A stretch of 58,899 nucleotides of DNA, counting the filler, from Sphacelaria rigidula (taxonomy: Eukaryota): assembly GCA_964200075.2 (NCBI GenBank). It is 9 parts of 9 records of this genome, joined end to end, with 100 filler letters (N's around TTAATTAATTAA, not from the genome) between each part and the next. Parts side by side here need not be neighbours in the genome. Positions count along the whole stretch, not along the records: positions 19,669 to 26,124 come from CAXNAA020019968.1; positions 26,225 to 32,679 come from CAXNAA020019969.1; positions 32,780 to 39,234 come from CAXNAA020019970.1; 6 more parts are not named here. The stretch is one strand, 5' to 3'. The translations under genes were made by a program, and so were the position numbers. How positions within the stretch are numbered: the first letter of the stretch is position 1; each line of letters opens with the position of its first letter. The notes under the pieces were generated by a model that saw only the letters and a list, made by a program, of their open reading frames with translations, had not been told where the DNA came from and searched no databases. Shown in pieces: positions 22,901 through 33,901 of this stretch.

Positions 22901-24908
22901 CCTTGAAACATTGCACCATGGCACGCGGTTTTGGATCGCCCGGACCTTTGTTGGTGTTGTTTTCGGTGGGCGAACCCAGGTATCGAAAATTACGCTTGCT
23001 CGGCACGCTGAGCATGCTTGGTATTGTTAGATGGATATGTTACATCTCTTGCTCGGGTGGGCGACTCACTACTTGCTCCATCAGCCCTTATCAACTACTT
23101 CACCGTGCCAGGCATGTCACAAGTGTGTATGTTACATGTTTGTGCCAGTGCCTTCCGGCTTCTTGGGGGGTATGTACGCCATCGCTGCGGCGCCCGTAAA
23201 TTAGGCGGGTGATTGTTGTCATGAACCTTGAATTATGTGATGGGATGTTGGAACCCCACCCCCCTCCTCACTTCCCTCCATTAGCCTGGTCCGGTGAAAA
23301 CCCGGCGTGCTTCGTCCCGGCTTTGCAGGGACTGACCCTCTACGAGGTTGGCGTCGCGTGGCCATGACGCTGTATAACGCACCACTCACTGCATAAGCTA
23401 GGCAACCAGGTCACTGTTGTTTGTGGCGCGCTTGCGTTTTTTTTTTGCGGTAACCATGATGACGGTCGAGCTAGACATCATGTTGTGCGGTGTGGGAGAA
23501 CCTCCATTCCGCGCGAAGGGGATGATCATGCTACATGCTTGTTTAAATGGTAAAACACCCGTGAGGCAGTGTGTAAGCCATGGCTGTCTCTGGAAGTGGC
23601 GATGCCAGAAAATAAAGCAACTCATCGGAGGCTGTCTGTCATCCAAATGCAAGACAATCAGTACATTTCGGACCGAATAATCTTAGCAGGATGCAGCCCA
23701 CCCTTCACGCGACTCGCCGAGCACATCACGGCGCTTCGCGCTTGGTGATGGGTTGCGAGTCTGGTCCGGCGAAAACCCAGCGTGCTTCTACCCGGCTTTG
23801 TAGGGATGCGACGTCAATGTTCTTATGACTATGGTATGCAAGATCATGAGTACACCCTTCCCCTTCCTCACCTCCCTTTCGTTTTTTCCGAGGTCTACGG
23901 TGTAGCGTTGAATAGCTGCGCGGCTGTTGAATACACGTGGCGGCAGCGTCGAAACACCGCGTACAACACTATCTACTACATAAACTTGAGTGACATGGGA
24001 GAAGTGTTTATTTTCGTCTCGACACTTATTTTTGGCTGACTGCATGTCCCCCCCCCTTCCCAACCTCTCCCTTCCCCTCGGCGCCCTCTACACGACCGCG
24101 GCAGATTGAGAAGCAGACGCTCGCCGAGCACGGAGAGAGCCTGCAGCACTGGGCCACGGAAGCTGCCGTTGCTTGTAGATCATTATTCAAGGATGACATA
24201 TCTAGCCATGCTGACGAACAGAAGGCCAACAAAAATAACAGTCTCAGTACTACAGCGCCCCCGTCAGAAGATTCAGCAGAAGATAACGACCCATACGTCG
24301 AGGGTGGAAGATATCCCGACAGGATTTCTAGCGATGATACCGATGGTTTGGGGTCCGCAGGGGGGGGCATTGCTAGCGACAATTCCGCCAGCGCAGGCGC
24401 GGTAGTCACACCTACAAGAAATGACCAGAAATTTGAGGGAGATACGGGATATGTCAACACCGCGGTCGCCTCCATCAACAGTAACAACGAAGGCCAGCAG
24501 AGCACGCAAGAGGGACCCCCTCAGCCTAGCCAGACAAACTCCCAGGCCCATGCAGTTTCAAGAGGCGACACGGTTTTTGATAGCTGCCACAATGACAGCG
24601 AGCATGAGGGCAAAGATCTCGTCGGGGGTTCTCCCAAATCCAGAGTGGGTGGTGCTGTAAATGATGGCGATGACGTCGGGGGCATGGTGAGTGGCGGTGG
24701 GGTAATGTCCGGTGCGCCCAGCAGCAGCACTCATGAACATCCTACTGCTCTCTGCGGCGTGGGCAACAGTTGTGCTCCTCCGGGTGTCTCGGTGACCTTT
24801 TCCACAACGAAGAAAATAGACTGGGCCCGCATGATTCTAGGAAGGCGTTTTCGGGAACCTTCCTGGTGGAGGCGCAACAAGCAGCATCGCGCCGGGTGTC
24901 GGCCGTGA
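19936..24908 (+). CDS. VASt (StART-like lipid transfer, LAM/Aster/VAD1-type) domain protein, 3' part; exons 19936-20222, 20787-20962, 24105-24908 (stop)
   Basis: The spliced translation EW..RELEYMHPV..KTQRI..EESRFKGIPYANYFS/VHTHW..VAVGVSWKKRTVLRGK/IEKQTLAE..W follows the VASt pattern (PY.DYF.V..RW; V.W.K....K..IE). Junctions are GT-AG and phases are consistent. Confidence 0.8.
21335..22905 (-). mobile_element. hAT-superfamily non-autonomous transposon, 1571 bp, in the VASt intron
   Basis: Perfect 8-bp TSD AAACATTG (21327-21334, 22906-22913) and TIRs CAAGGG(C/T)AGGTCG(A/G)GTAGAGTAT. It has long subterminal arrays. A central minus-strand peptide YSLGMVSTPDSRRLRDVSLQTMLNTWAND resembles the hAT C-terminal dimerisation region. 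Confidence 0.88.
21395..21850. repeat. Subterminal tandem array of ~41-bp palindrome-containing units (second array about 22365-22830)
   Basis: The unit TACTCAAAATTTGAGTAGAGTATTTGAGACCATACTCGACC alternates with a ~50-bp variant containing AGTGATACTCTATACTCAAGTATCACT. Confidence 0.9.
23283..23878 (+). mobile_element. Family A non-autonomous retroelement, second full-length copy
   Basis: Same 5' start (AGCCTGGTCCGG) as 16873, internal repeat at about 23758-23806, and C-rich sequence on both flanks. Confidence 0.75.
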
Positions 24909-26320
24909 CTTGGACGTACGTAAAGAGGGGGTTATTGTACGTATACGCGCTCCGCCCCCCCTTTCCCTCCCTACTCCACTTCTTTGAGAACATGCCTTTA
25001 CAGGATGATTTTTTTTTTTTCTGGACGAGTGAACAGTATTTAGTTATGGAGATCATGTTAAATATGTTTTTTGTTTTGGACGAGGGGAAGGCAAAATTAG
25101 GTATAATGGCGGGTGAAGAGTCCAGCCCCTAATCTTTTGTTGGGGTAGCTTCTCCCAGGCGCAGGTTATGTCTGAAGTCACGTTAGAAGTTTTGTGTGTT
25201 CTCCCCCGCCCCCTCCCCTCACTCCTTACAGAATAAGGGGTAGGTACAAGGGTGGTGAAATGAAGCAGGGTTCAAACCGTAGGTACGGGGAGGCGGGGGT
25301 GGGTGGGGGGGTAACGGTCCTCTTTGCTTTTGATCTGCAGCATCACGGTTATTGACTGCGTGTCACCTTGCGTTTGGCACACTGCTGCTGCTGCTGCTGC
25401 TGCTGCTGCTACTGCTGTGTTGTTCGAGCGGAAATAGGGGGCACCGCGGTTCATCTACTTTCTTAGTCGAACAAGTTTAAGTTTATCGAGTGTAAATGAT
25501 CTATGCGATTTATGTAAAGTTTGGGCATAAATGGGTCGTCCGGAGGTCGACAGCGCCGTGGAAGAGTTGCCTCTACAGCTATCCTTTCTTGTGGTGCCGT
25601 GCTGTGACCCTGCTTTTTAGCTGAGCAATGAAGGGTAAGTAGTGCTGACACCGAGGCAAAGCCGGGTTCAACGTTACGTCTTCTTTTTTTTTCTTCATTC
25701 ATTTCTCGTCTCGTTTGAGTGTTTCGTCGAGGTGAACTGCGGTGCTCCAGCATGGGCATCCGGCAGGTAGTGTGTTCATCGAGTGAACTTAATTGTTGAG
25801 CGTGTGGCTATACGTAGCTCGCACTCACTCGGGTGTGGTGTGGTATGGGGTTGTTGTGAGGTTTGCGCGTTGCTAGTTGATGTTGATCTGCTTGTCTGTT
25901 CGCACACCGCATGTTGTCCTCTTTCGTGTAGTCTTGGGTACAATACAAGGTGAGTGGTGAATGGTGCCTAGATAATATTTAGTAGTGGAAGGAGGGAAGG
26001 GGGACTCCTACCCCATATCCTGTAAATGGGGGGGGGGGGGGGGGTTTTTGGGATTGCAATGGATGGGTGCCTCCCTGTTGGGTTGGGAGGGGTTTTTGTC
26101 TTGTTTGGGTTATTATTTTGCCTCNNNNNNNNNNNNNNNNNNNNNNNNNNNNNNNNNNNNNNNNNNNNTTAATTAATTAANNNNNNNNNNNNNNNNNNNN
26201 NNNNNNNNNNNNNNNNNNNNNNNNGCCGCGGCCCGGCTTAGTGGGGGTGGGGGGCCAGTGGGGGCTTGACCGGGGCATTCCGAATCATCAACTCCCCCCC
26301 CCCCCCCCTTCCCACCCTCT

Positions 26321-26575
26321 GATAAAATGAAGCAACTTCTTTGAGGCTGTCACCCAAACGCAAAGCTGTAGTACGCTTCGGGGCCGATCCATCTTGGGGG
26401 GATGCAGCTCACCCTTGATGCTACTCTCCAAACACATCATGCTGCTTCGCGCTTGGTGATTGACTGCGAGCCTGGTCCGGTGAAAACTCGGCGTGCTCCG
26501 TCCCGGCTTTGTAGGGATGCAAGGTCAATGGTCCTATGACTATGGCATGTATGATCATGACTACACCCCCCCCAT
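26321..26575 (+). mobile_element. 5'-truncated family A copy between C-tracts
   Basis: Matches the 3' half of 16873-17441. It is preceded by a long C-run and followed by C8, about 60 nt before the MutS2 acceptor. Confidence 0.75.
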
Positions 26576-26634
26576 CACACACATATCGAAAACACGCGGA
26601 CACGCCCTAATGTACGTCGGTGTTGTTGGGTCAG

Positions 26635-27989
26635 GCGCTGCTTGACGCCGGGGCGAGGATTGCTCTCACGACGCACTACACGCAGCTCAAGGAACTGGCG
26701 GCTCGGGACGATCGTTTCAGCGTGGCGGCTATGCAGTTCGTCGACGGCCGTCCTACCTATCGGCTGGTCCAGGGCGCGGTCGGGGAGTCGTTTGCGCTTC
26801 AGGTACGCATTTACACTATGTATAGTACCTGATATATAAAAATTCTGTCTCGTAAGTCAAAGTAGGTCATGTTTCATGGGGGGCTCTTTACCGTGTCGGA
26901 TGTGGTAGGCGATCACTTCTTATAAATCCTGCGGCATTTCCTTAGTTGACGGCATACATATACATGTATATATATATATATTTCTCCCCCTAAAACTCGG
27001 ATTTTTTTCATTTTTTTTTCATGAGCATCCCCGTAGTTTTGTCTCCTCAACAAATTTTACCATAGCATCGGAAGCACCTCCGTTGGGGAGGTACGGTCTG
27101 CAGCCTGCACTAGCCGGCATTTTTTTATTATAAAACAGAGGAAGTAGAAAAAAGCCGCAAAAACGCCGACGCCTCGCTTTTGCGCAAATTGTATGTGTTG
27201 ACCAACGACTCAGGATCATTTAATCGGCAGGCAATGATCGAAATGTTCAAGTATGGTTTCGTGGTTGACGTCTGTGGGTGGCTGTGCTCATGGGTCATGA
27301 TATTTTCATGTACAGTTATATATTTCCATGCTGTGATCGTGATCGGGCTCGTGGCAGAGTTGTCATGCGACGCAGGGGTTGGACGGCCGACGATGAAATC
27401 AATCGTTCGATCAATCAAGTGATCAAAATCGGCAATGGATGCTGTTTCTCAGAGCGGACGGGTACGTGAAGTAGGTAGGTAGGTAGATCGATAGGTAGAT
27501 CGATAGGTCTGTGGGGTGGAGAGTTTTCCCGTGATACCCTTGACGGGCTTTTTGGTGTGCGACATTCCCTACAGGCAGGTCGTTGTCTTGGTTAATTAAT
27601 TCGCCGTCTCCTCAAGTACGTATTGCCATTTCGCTCACATGAATGAAGACAACAACAAAAAAACATTTGCTTGTCCCATGAACATTTGGCCGCGACGGGA
27701 GTCCCACCATAAGGGGCGAAGAAAATCCAATCATTGTAAAGATTCCAAAACAGTTCGTACTTGTATACAATTCATGTACCGACGTGGGTGAGCAAAGAGC
27801 TGTTACGTCGGGGAAAGAGTTGACCGGATGTATACGTGGAAGTGTCTATTTATGCCGACTGTAGACTTGTGGATGATGGCAAAATTGTGTCTTTTCTCGA
27901 TTTGTTCGTGGTCTCCCGTGAGATTCTCACGTCCATGACGGCATGATTGCAGATTGCGGGTATCATTGCCTTCGCGCTCTCGGCGTGTG

Positions 27990-28036
<47 letters not shown>

Positions 28037-30638
28037 CGCGCGCGCGTACGTGTTCATGTGCGATTTTTATTTGATTGTCGCACTTTTACCGACCCCCCAG
28101 GGAACCAGCCGTGGTCACGTGGTTGACGTACCCGAGCCGAGATGAGGCAAAACTGAAACACTCGCTGAAGAAGAAAACAAAACAAAACAGAAGAAGTAGA
28201 ATAAAACAGAGTCGACTAGAAAAATGAAAAATAAGAAGACAGAAAGACAGGAATAAAAAAAAAAGCATGTGTGTGTGTGTGCAATATGTATATGTATATG
28301 TATATGTATTTTATTACTCGAACGGACGCCGTGGAGACGAGCTGTTGATGCCGCTCCTCTCCTGGGGGGGGTGAGGAAGTAGATGCACGAAATTGCTCTT
28401 GTGGGACAGCAACAGAGAGTGGGAGATGAGTGTGAACTAGTCAAAGGAGGAACGGGACGTGTGAGAGGAGAAGACATGCATGGAGGATCCAAACCAATGT
28501 GACATGAAAACGGTTGGTACGCTAGAGGGATAGCAACGAGAAAAAACATCACTGTACGATTAGATAGATGGTGGCCAGAAACAGACGGCTAAACAGGAAA
28601 GGGATCAGATATGTAAAAAAAGGTTATTGTGTACGAGCTGATCCAGCCAAGAGTTTCTATCGGCGATTCAACAGTTACGCCCAGCTTAATATCAGAAGTT
28701 AAAAGCTGAAACTTTGACCGGAGATTTTTGTTATCAATACGCGGAAAGTAGCTCAAGCAAAGAAAAAGAAAATAATAAGAACACAACGTCAAAAGTAAAA
28801 TGAAATCTATGTGTGTGTTGTTTTGTCGTCCCATCTATTCTGGACGCCGATCTACACCGTTCGCTATATGTGGACGCACCAGCCGGGGTCACGCAGGAGG
28901 AAGGTCGATACTGGAGCTTTTTATTTTTTTATTTCTCTTTAGTACCCCACCTTCCTTCTGCGGTGCTTGCCTTTCTTATTTTTCATCGCGAAAGGGGTTC
29001 AGCAGTCCCTTTCCCTCGTCGACCGTCAAGTCGACATTCTATCTGAACGAAAATAATGCCACAGCTCAATTTTAAGAATATATAAAATTCTATTTCTTCC
29101 ATTACGCATTTTCAATTTGATTGCAGGAAATTCTCGTATAAATTCGGATCAAAGCTCCAACAATTGAGCTGCACATGCGCATGTTTTGTGTCACACCGCG
29201 GCAGCCTGGTGGTCCAAGTGACACAGGAGACTCCAGCAATGGAGAAGTGTAAAATGAGATGAGACTCCAGGTACGGAGGGCACGAGTTCGAATTCTGAAA
29301 AACAGGCATCGGTCGCCCCGGTGGCTCAGTTGGTAACCTCGAAACCTTCTGACGGTTGGGTCGTGGGTTCAAATCTCGGTACGATCTGGGATTTTTTCTC
29401 ACGCAATGTCCGACAGTGGAGAGCGACTATAATATGTCGTGGGTGCACAAAATTCGACTTGACGGTCGACGAGGGAAAGGGACTGCTGAACTCCTCTCGC
29501 GATAAAAAAGAAAGAAAGGCAAGCACCGCAGAAGGAAGGTGAAGTACTAAAAACAAGCAGAAAAGAAAAAAAAAAACTCCTGTGTTGACCTTCCTCACGT
29601 GTGATTCCCCCGGCTGGTGCGCCCACGTATTAAACCGTATGGTGTAGATCGGCGTCCAGAATAGATGGGAGGACAACACAACACACAACACTCATTTTGC
29701 CTGCAGCATCTGGTGACGTCGTTGAGGTCATATATTTATGCGGTACATGTTTTTCCTTTTCTCCTTAACGGCGATAGAGCGTGTATCACCATCACCAGAT
29801 TAATCTGCAGTTTTTACAGCGATATGCTTCCATCGGGCTGATGCGGGAAGCCTAAAAAGGTGTTGTGTGCCCGGGGTACGCACGTCTTTTTCAGGCTGGC
29901 CCACAGCTCGTGATGCGTGGGGAAAACAACGTGACGAGCGTCCATGTGTTGGACGTGTCGGCTCTACTCGGAGTAGGAACAACGTATGCTCCGTCTCGAA
30001 AGGGATGAGTGGTCAGCAGTCAAATGACTACGGCAAGCAACAAATGAGTACGCCCCCCGCCGCCTCTCTGTGTATGTAGGTACGGCATGCAAGATCGTGA
30101 GTACACCCCCCCTCTCTCTGTCGTTGCTTTTGTGCTGCCCCTTTTCCCCCGTGCCCCCCTCCCCACTTTGTTGTTGTTATTGCTGCTGCTGCTGCTGCCT
30201 GCTGCCTTTTCTTCTAGGTTGCAGAGCGTTTGGAACTTCCAGCTTTCGTTGTGGAGCGGGCACGAAGCCTCCTAGACGAGAATACACGACAGGTGATGAA
30301 AAATAGGTTAGTCGAGTCATGGTCCTCCACTTTTCTTGTTTTGTTTTGTTTTATTTTTCGTCTTGCTTTGCCGATGCGTCAACAGCCATCATATGTTTTT
30401 TTTTCTTGTTTTTTTTTCTTGTTTTTTTTTCGCCTCTATGGGTCTTTTTTTGTTTTGATGCTGCTGCACCGTGGAGCTCCTCATGTAGTTTCGATTAATT
30501 TGTATCTTCAATACCCGGCGGTTCGTATGAGGATGACATACAATGAGTGAGGGGATATCTAAACGAGCAACTTCGTGCCGTGGTGATGGTTATCGTTGTT
30601 GCTTCTGTTGTAGGACTAGGAAGAGACGTAGGATTAAC

Positions 30639-30673
<35 letters not shown>

Positions 30674-32343
30674 ATGATGATGATGATGATGATGATGACG
30701 ACGATTATTATGGTAATGGTAATGGTAATGGTAATGGTGATGACTGATTTTGCTGATGTTTGCCTGCCGCTTTCGCTGGTCCTGCTGAACAAGCATACCG
30801 TCGCCGCCCCACAAAATCACCCCGGGATGAAAATACTAGACGTCCCCCGATGTCTTGCACATAAAAAAAAAACTCATGACCCCGAAGAAAAAGCGTGCCG
30901 TTGCCTCCAACATATTCGAGGGGAAGGGAAAAATAAATACATGAAATAAAAAGGCAAGAACAAACTTCCAACCATAGACATATTGATCGCATCGCATGAA
31001 GAACAGGTGTCGGAACTAATCCGTAAATTGGAGTCCGAGCGAGAGGAGCTGAAGCGGAACCTGGAAGCGGCCGCCATCCGCGAGGCGGAAGTTGCGTCCC
31101 AGGTGCCTTGCCTAGCACAGTAGTACGAATGTATCTCCTGTATACCAGCGTAGTATTGAAAAACATATATATTTTTAGTTGTTTTTGCTTTGTTTTGTTT
31201 TGTTTTTCTTCTTTTTTTCTTTTTGTTTCTCGTCTTTCCCTGGGTTCCCGTTCGGAGCGATGCTAGTAAATACCCCGGTCATCAGGAGGGTGTTATTGAC
31301 CGTGAAACACAGTTTTTCGGCTCCAGTGCAATGAGTAGACAGAACTTCAAAGAATAAAACCATCCTTTTTTTAGGAATATGATCGGGACAGGCTCGATTG
31401 GCCGAAAATAGCGAAGAGTAAGAATCTGGGCTGAAACGTCGCAGGACCCCCGATGACCGGTCAGCCCGTAAGTCAATGAATACTGAGTACATTTTTTTTT
31501 GCTTCGAGTGTGGAGCGGATACAAATATCTTCTGATCCTCAATGTGATGAACGGCGGCAAGCGAAAAGAGCCCGAGAAAACGCCAGTTACGAAGAAATCA
31601 CAAAATGCCTCAAAATGAATCATTAGATCGCCCACTACTGTAGGTGTGACGAAGAAAAAGCAAATATATATACATATATATATTCCGGTGCAGCTGTTGT
31701 TTTGCCCACGATCACGGGAACTTTTTTGGTTATTTTTTTGTAACGACGGCCTCAACCCAAGCCTGTATCATCGACGTGGGGACCTGATATATCACTCAAA
31801 TTACTGTTTTTTTCGTTGATGAGGATGTGATAAGTCGTTACCGCCGGCTCAAGCAATATGTGACTTCTTATCGATATATAGAGTGAGAAAAATCATTTGC
31901 TTAACTGCAAAAAGTAAGGATAAAACGGGACACACACGAAAGACTTGTGAACCTGAAGACGACTGGAGATAACCCCCCCTCCCCGGTGCCCCCCGCGGGG
32001 AAGGAAATCATTTTCATTAAGTCGATTTCTTCGCTAGGATGAACATCATCGCTAGGTGAGCCCCCCCCCCCCCCCTCTCCGCCCGCCCCAGAAACAAAAC
32101 GAAACAAAACACACAAGCTTGTGTCGTTGCATGCATTGGGTGGCTACACACGTACATACATACATTAATGCATATGTGCATACATACGTGCGTACAATAC
32201 CAACAAACTCTTCAACGTTTTCTCAGCTGGAGAAGTTGACGGCGGAGAGGGAAGAAGCGGCGGAGCTCAAGCGGACGGCCAAGCGAGACGCCGCTAAGGA
32301 GTACGCGGTCAAACTCGAAGCCAACGAGAAGAAAATGAAGGAG
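26635..32343 (+). CDS. mutS2: MutS2-like protein (ATPase C-terminal part plus coiled coil); exons 26635-26802, 30218-30292, 31007-31102, 32227-32343
   Basis: All four are phase-0 AG/GT exons. They translate ALTTHYTQLKELA..MQFVDGRPTYRLVQGAVGESFALQ/VAERLELPAFVVERARSLL../VSELIRKLESEREE../LEKLTAERE..; the THY, PTYRL..G..G.S.A and following coiled coil are typical of MutS2. Confidence 0.85.
27992..28046. repeat. (GT)n(GC)n compound microsatellite
   Basis: Read directly from the sequence. Confidence 0.95.
28395..28615 (+). mobile_element. Degenerate fragment of the same LINE family as 14320-15985
   Basis: Shares CAACAGAGAGT, GAACGGGACGTGT and AAACAGGAA.GGGAT.AGATATGT with 15610-15825. Confidence 0.6.
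28808..29035 (-). mobile_element. 5'-truncated copy of tRNA-derived SINE family B
   Basis: Reverse complement of 29452-29690, including the CA-rich tail. Confidence 0.75.
29315..29690 (+). mobile_element. tRNA-derived SINE (family B), full length
   Basis: Pol III A box TGGCTCAGTTGG at 29322-29333 and B box GGTTCAAATC at 29366-29375. The body is repeated at 28808 and 51430, and it ends in a CA-rich tail. Confidence 0.8.
29905..30118 (+). mobile_element. LINE 3' end with C-tail, followed by a short family A tail
   Basis: Collinear with 15835-15985; ends TGAGTACGCCCCCC, then GCATGCAAGATCGTGAGTACACCCCCCC. It lies about 100 nt before acceptor 30217. Confidence 0.75.
30638..30742. repeat. Compound microsatellite (GTA)n(GAT)n(GGTAAT)n
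   Basis: Read directly from the sequence. Confidence 0.95.
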
Positions 32344-32591
32344 GTGCTGTGCTGTGCTCTGCTCTGCTCTGCTCTGCTCTGCTGTGCTGTGCTGTACCGT
32401 ACCGTACCGTACCGTGGGCTGCGCTGTGCTGTGCTGTGCTCTGCCGTTTGCATGATCCCCCCGATTACGTATTTAGCGACTGGCGCAATTTCGGGAAGAC
32501 TTTGTGATCTCTCATCTGTTCATCTATCCTGCACGTGATTTATTTAATGGCAGCCCCACGTTACATGTTATAGGCGATATCATCGACCTCT

Positions 32592-32622
<31 letters not shown>

Positions 32623-33901
32623 TCCCCCACCCCCCACGCGCCCCCCCACCGCCGACAACGCCACACACACCAAAAAAAANNNNNNNNNNNNNNNNNNNNN
32701 NNNNNNNNNNNNNNNNNNNNNNNTTAATTAATTAANNNNNNNNNNNNNNNNNNNNNNNNNNNNNNNNNNNNNNNNNNNNCCGTCCCGGCTTTGTAGGGAT
32801 GCGAGGGTAATGGTCTGATGACGATGGCATGCATCATCATGGGTACCCTCCCGCCCCCCCCCCGCGTCTCCTTCACCTGCTGCTCTCTTTCTCCTTCCCT
32901 CCACTGGTTTTGGTCTCTTAACCTTACTCGTCTCGTCTTTTTTGTTTTTGTATCATGATTCGTTTGACTTGGATTCTGCTGTTGTCGTCGTCGTCGTCGT
33001 TGTTGATGTTCATGTTGGTATCGCCATTCTCCATTGTCGTCGTTTTGTCGTCGCACTGTCGTTACGGAGCTCCTGCCCAAGTACTCAAGCCCTCAAATAT
33101 ATAGCTAAGCCTTTACCTCCTTTGATGGCCTTGTCGGTTTCGTTGTGTTCTGCTTTGTTTAGATCTTGCATGACTTCCATCCTGGAAGCATGCAGAAGGG
33201 GTCTCCTGGCTGTTTTTTCACTTCTCAGTTTTCACTCTACTGTTGGGTCTGTTCTTTCCTTTACTCACATCTCACCATATTTCCGCCTTGTCGAGTTTCC
33301 TCGGCGAGTGTTCGGTTCACTTAAAAAGGGTACATGTCTACATATATTCTGCGACGACGGCCGGATTCCGAGCAAATAAGTTAGTAAACACCAATCGATC
33401 AATCAATTAGTCAATCACCCCATCATACACCCCGCTCCCCAACTAGTATTCTACTAATGCCGGGATACCTCTCCCCCCTACAAAAAGTGCGCCGGAGACC
33501 GTCTGACAAACCGGCTGCGATCCCACTATTGGGCTCGTTTGCAGCAATTTCGCCCACATGAGAGATGTGTAGCAGTCCGAAATTAGCAATAACGCCCAAA
33601 TAAGTAGCGTCGTGCAGCACGAAACCAGCTCTAACGGCATTTATGATCATTGCCTCCGCGCACTTTCCTGGCCGGTTCAGGGGAGGGGGTTATATCTCGG
33701 CAGCAGTCATTAGCAAGCGCAGGTATATTGGAACATGCGAACATCGAGTATACCGTTCCACAGGCGTGTTTCGAGAAGGACTATACGGAATGCCTCCTTC
33801 GCTGTGCGTCGGCCCTTCAACCCCGATCCAACCCCAGTGGATCCTCCAAAGGCATCTGACGTAACACCGTCCTATCCGTCCGGATTTCTTTTGCTGTACA
33901 G

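Noticed and set aside
29315..29390. tRNA gene
   Set aside because: A and B boxes are present, but there is no convincing acceptor or anticodon stem, and it continues into a repeated SINE body.
30590..30949. Poly-Met, poly-His and poly-Asp ORFs
   Set aside because: These are translations of an intronic compound microsatellite.
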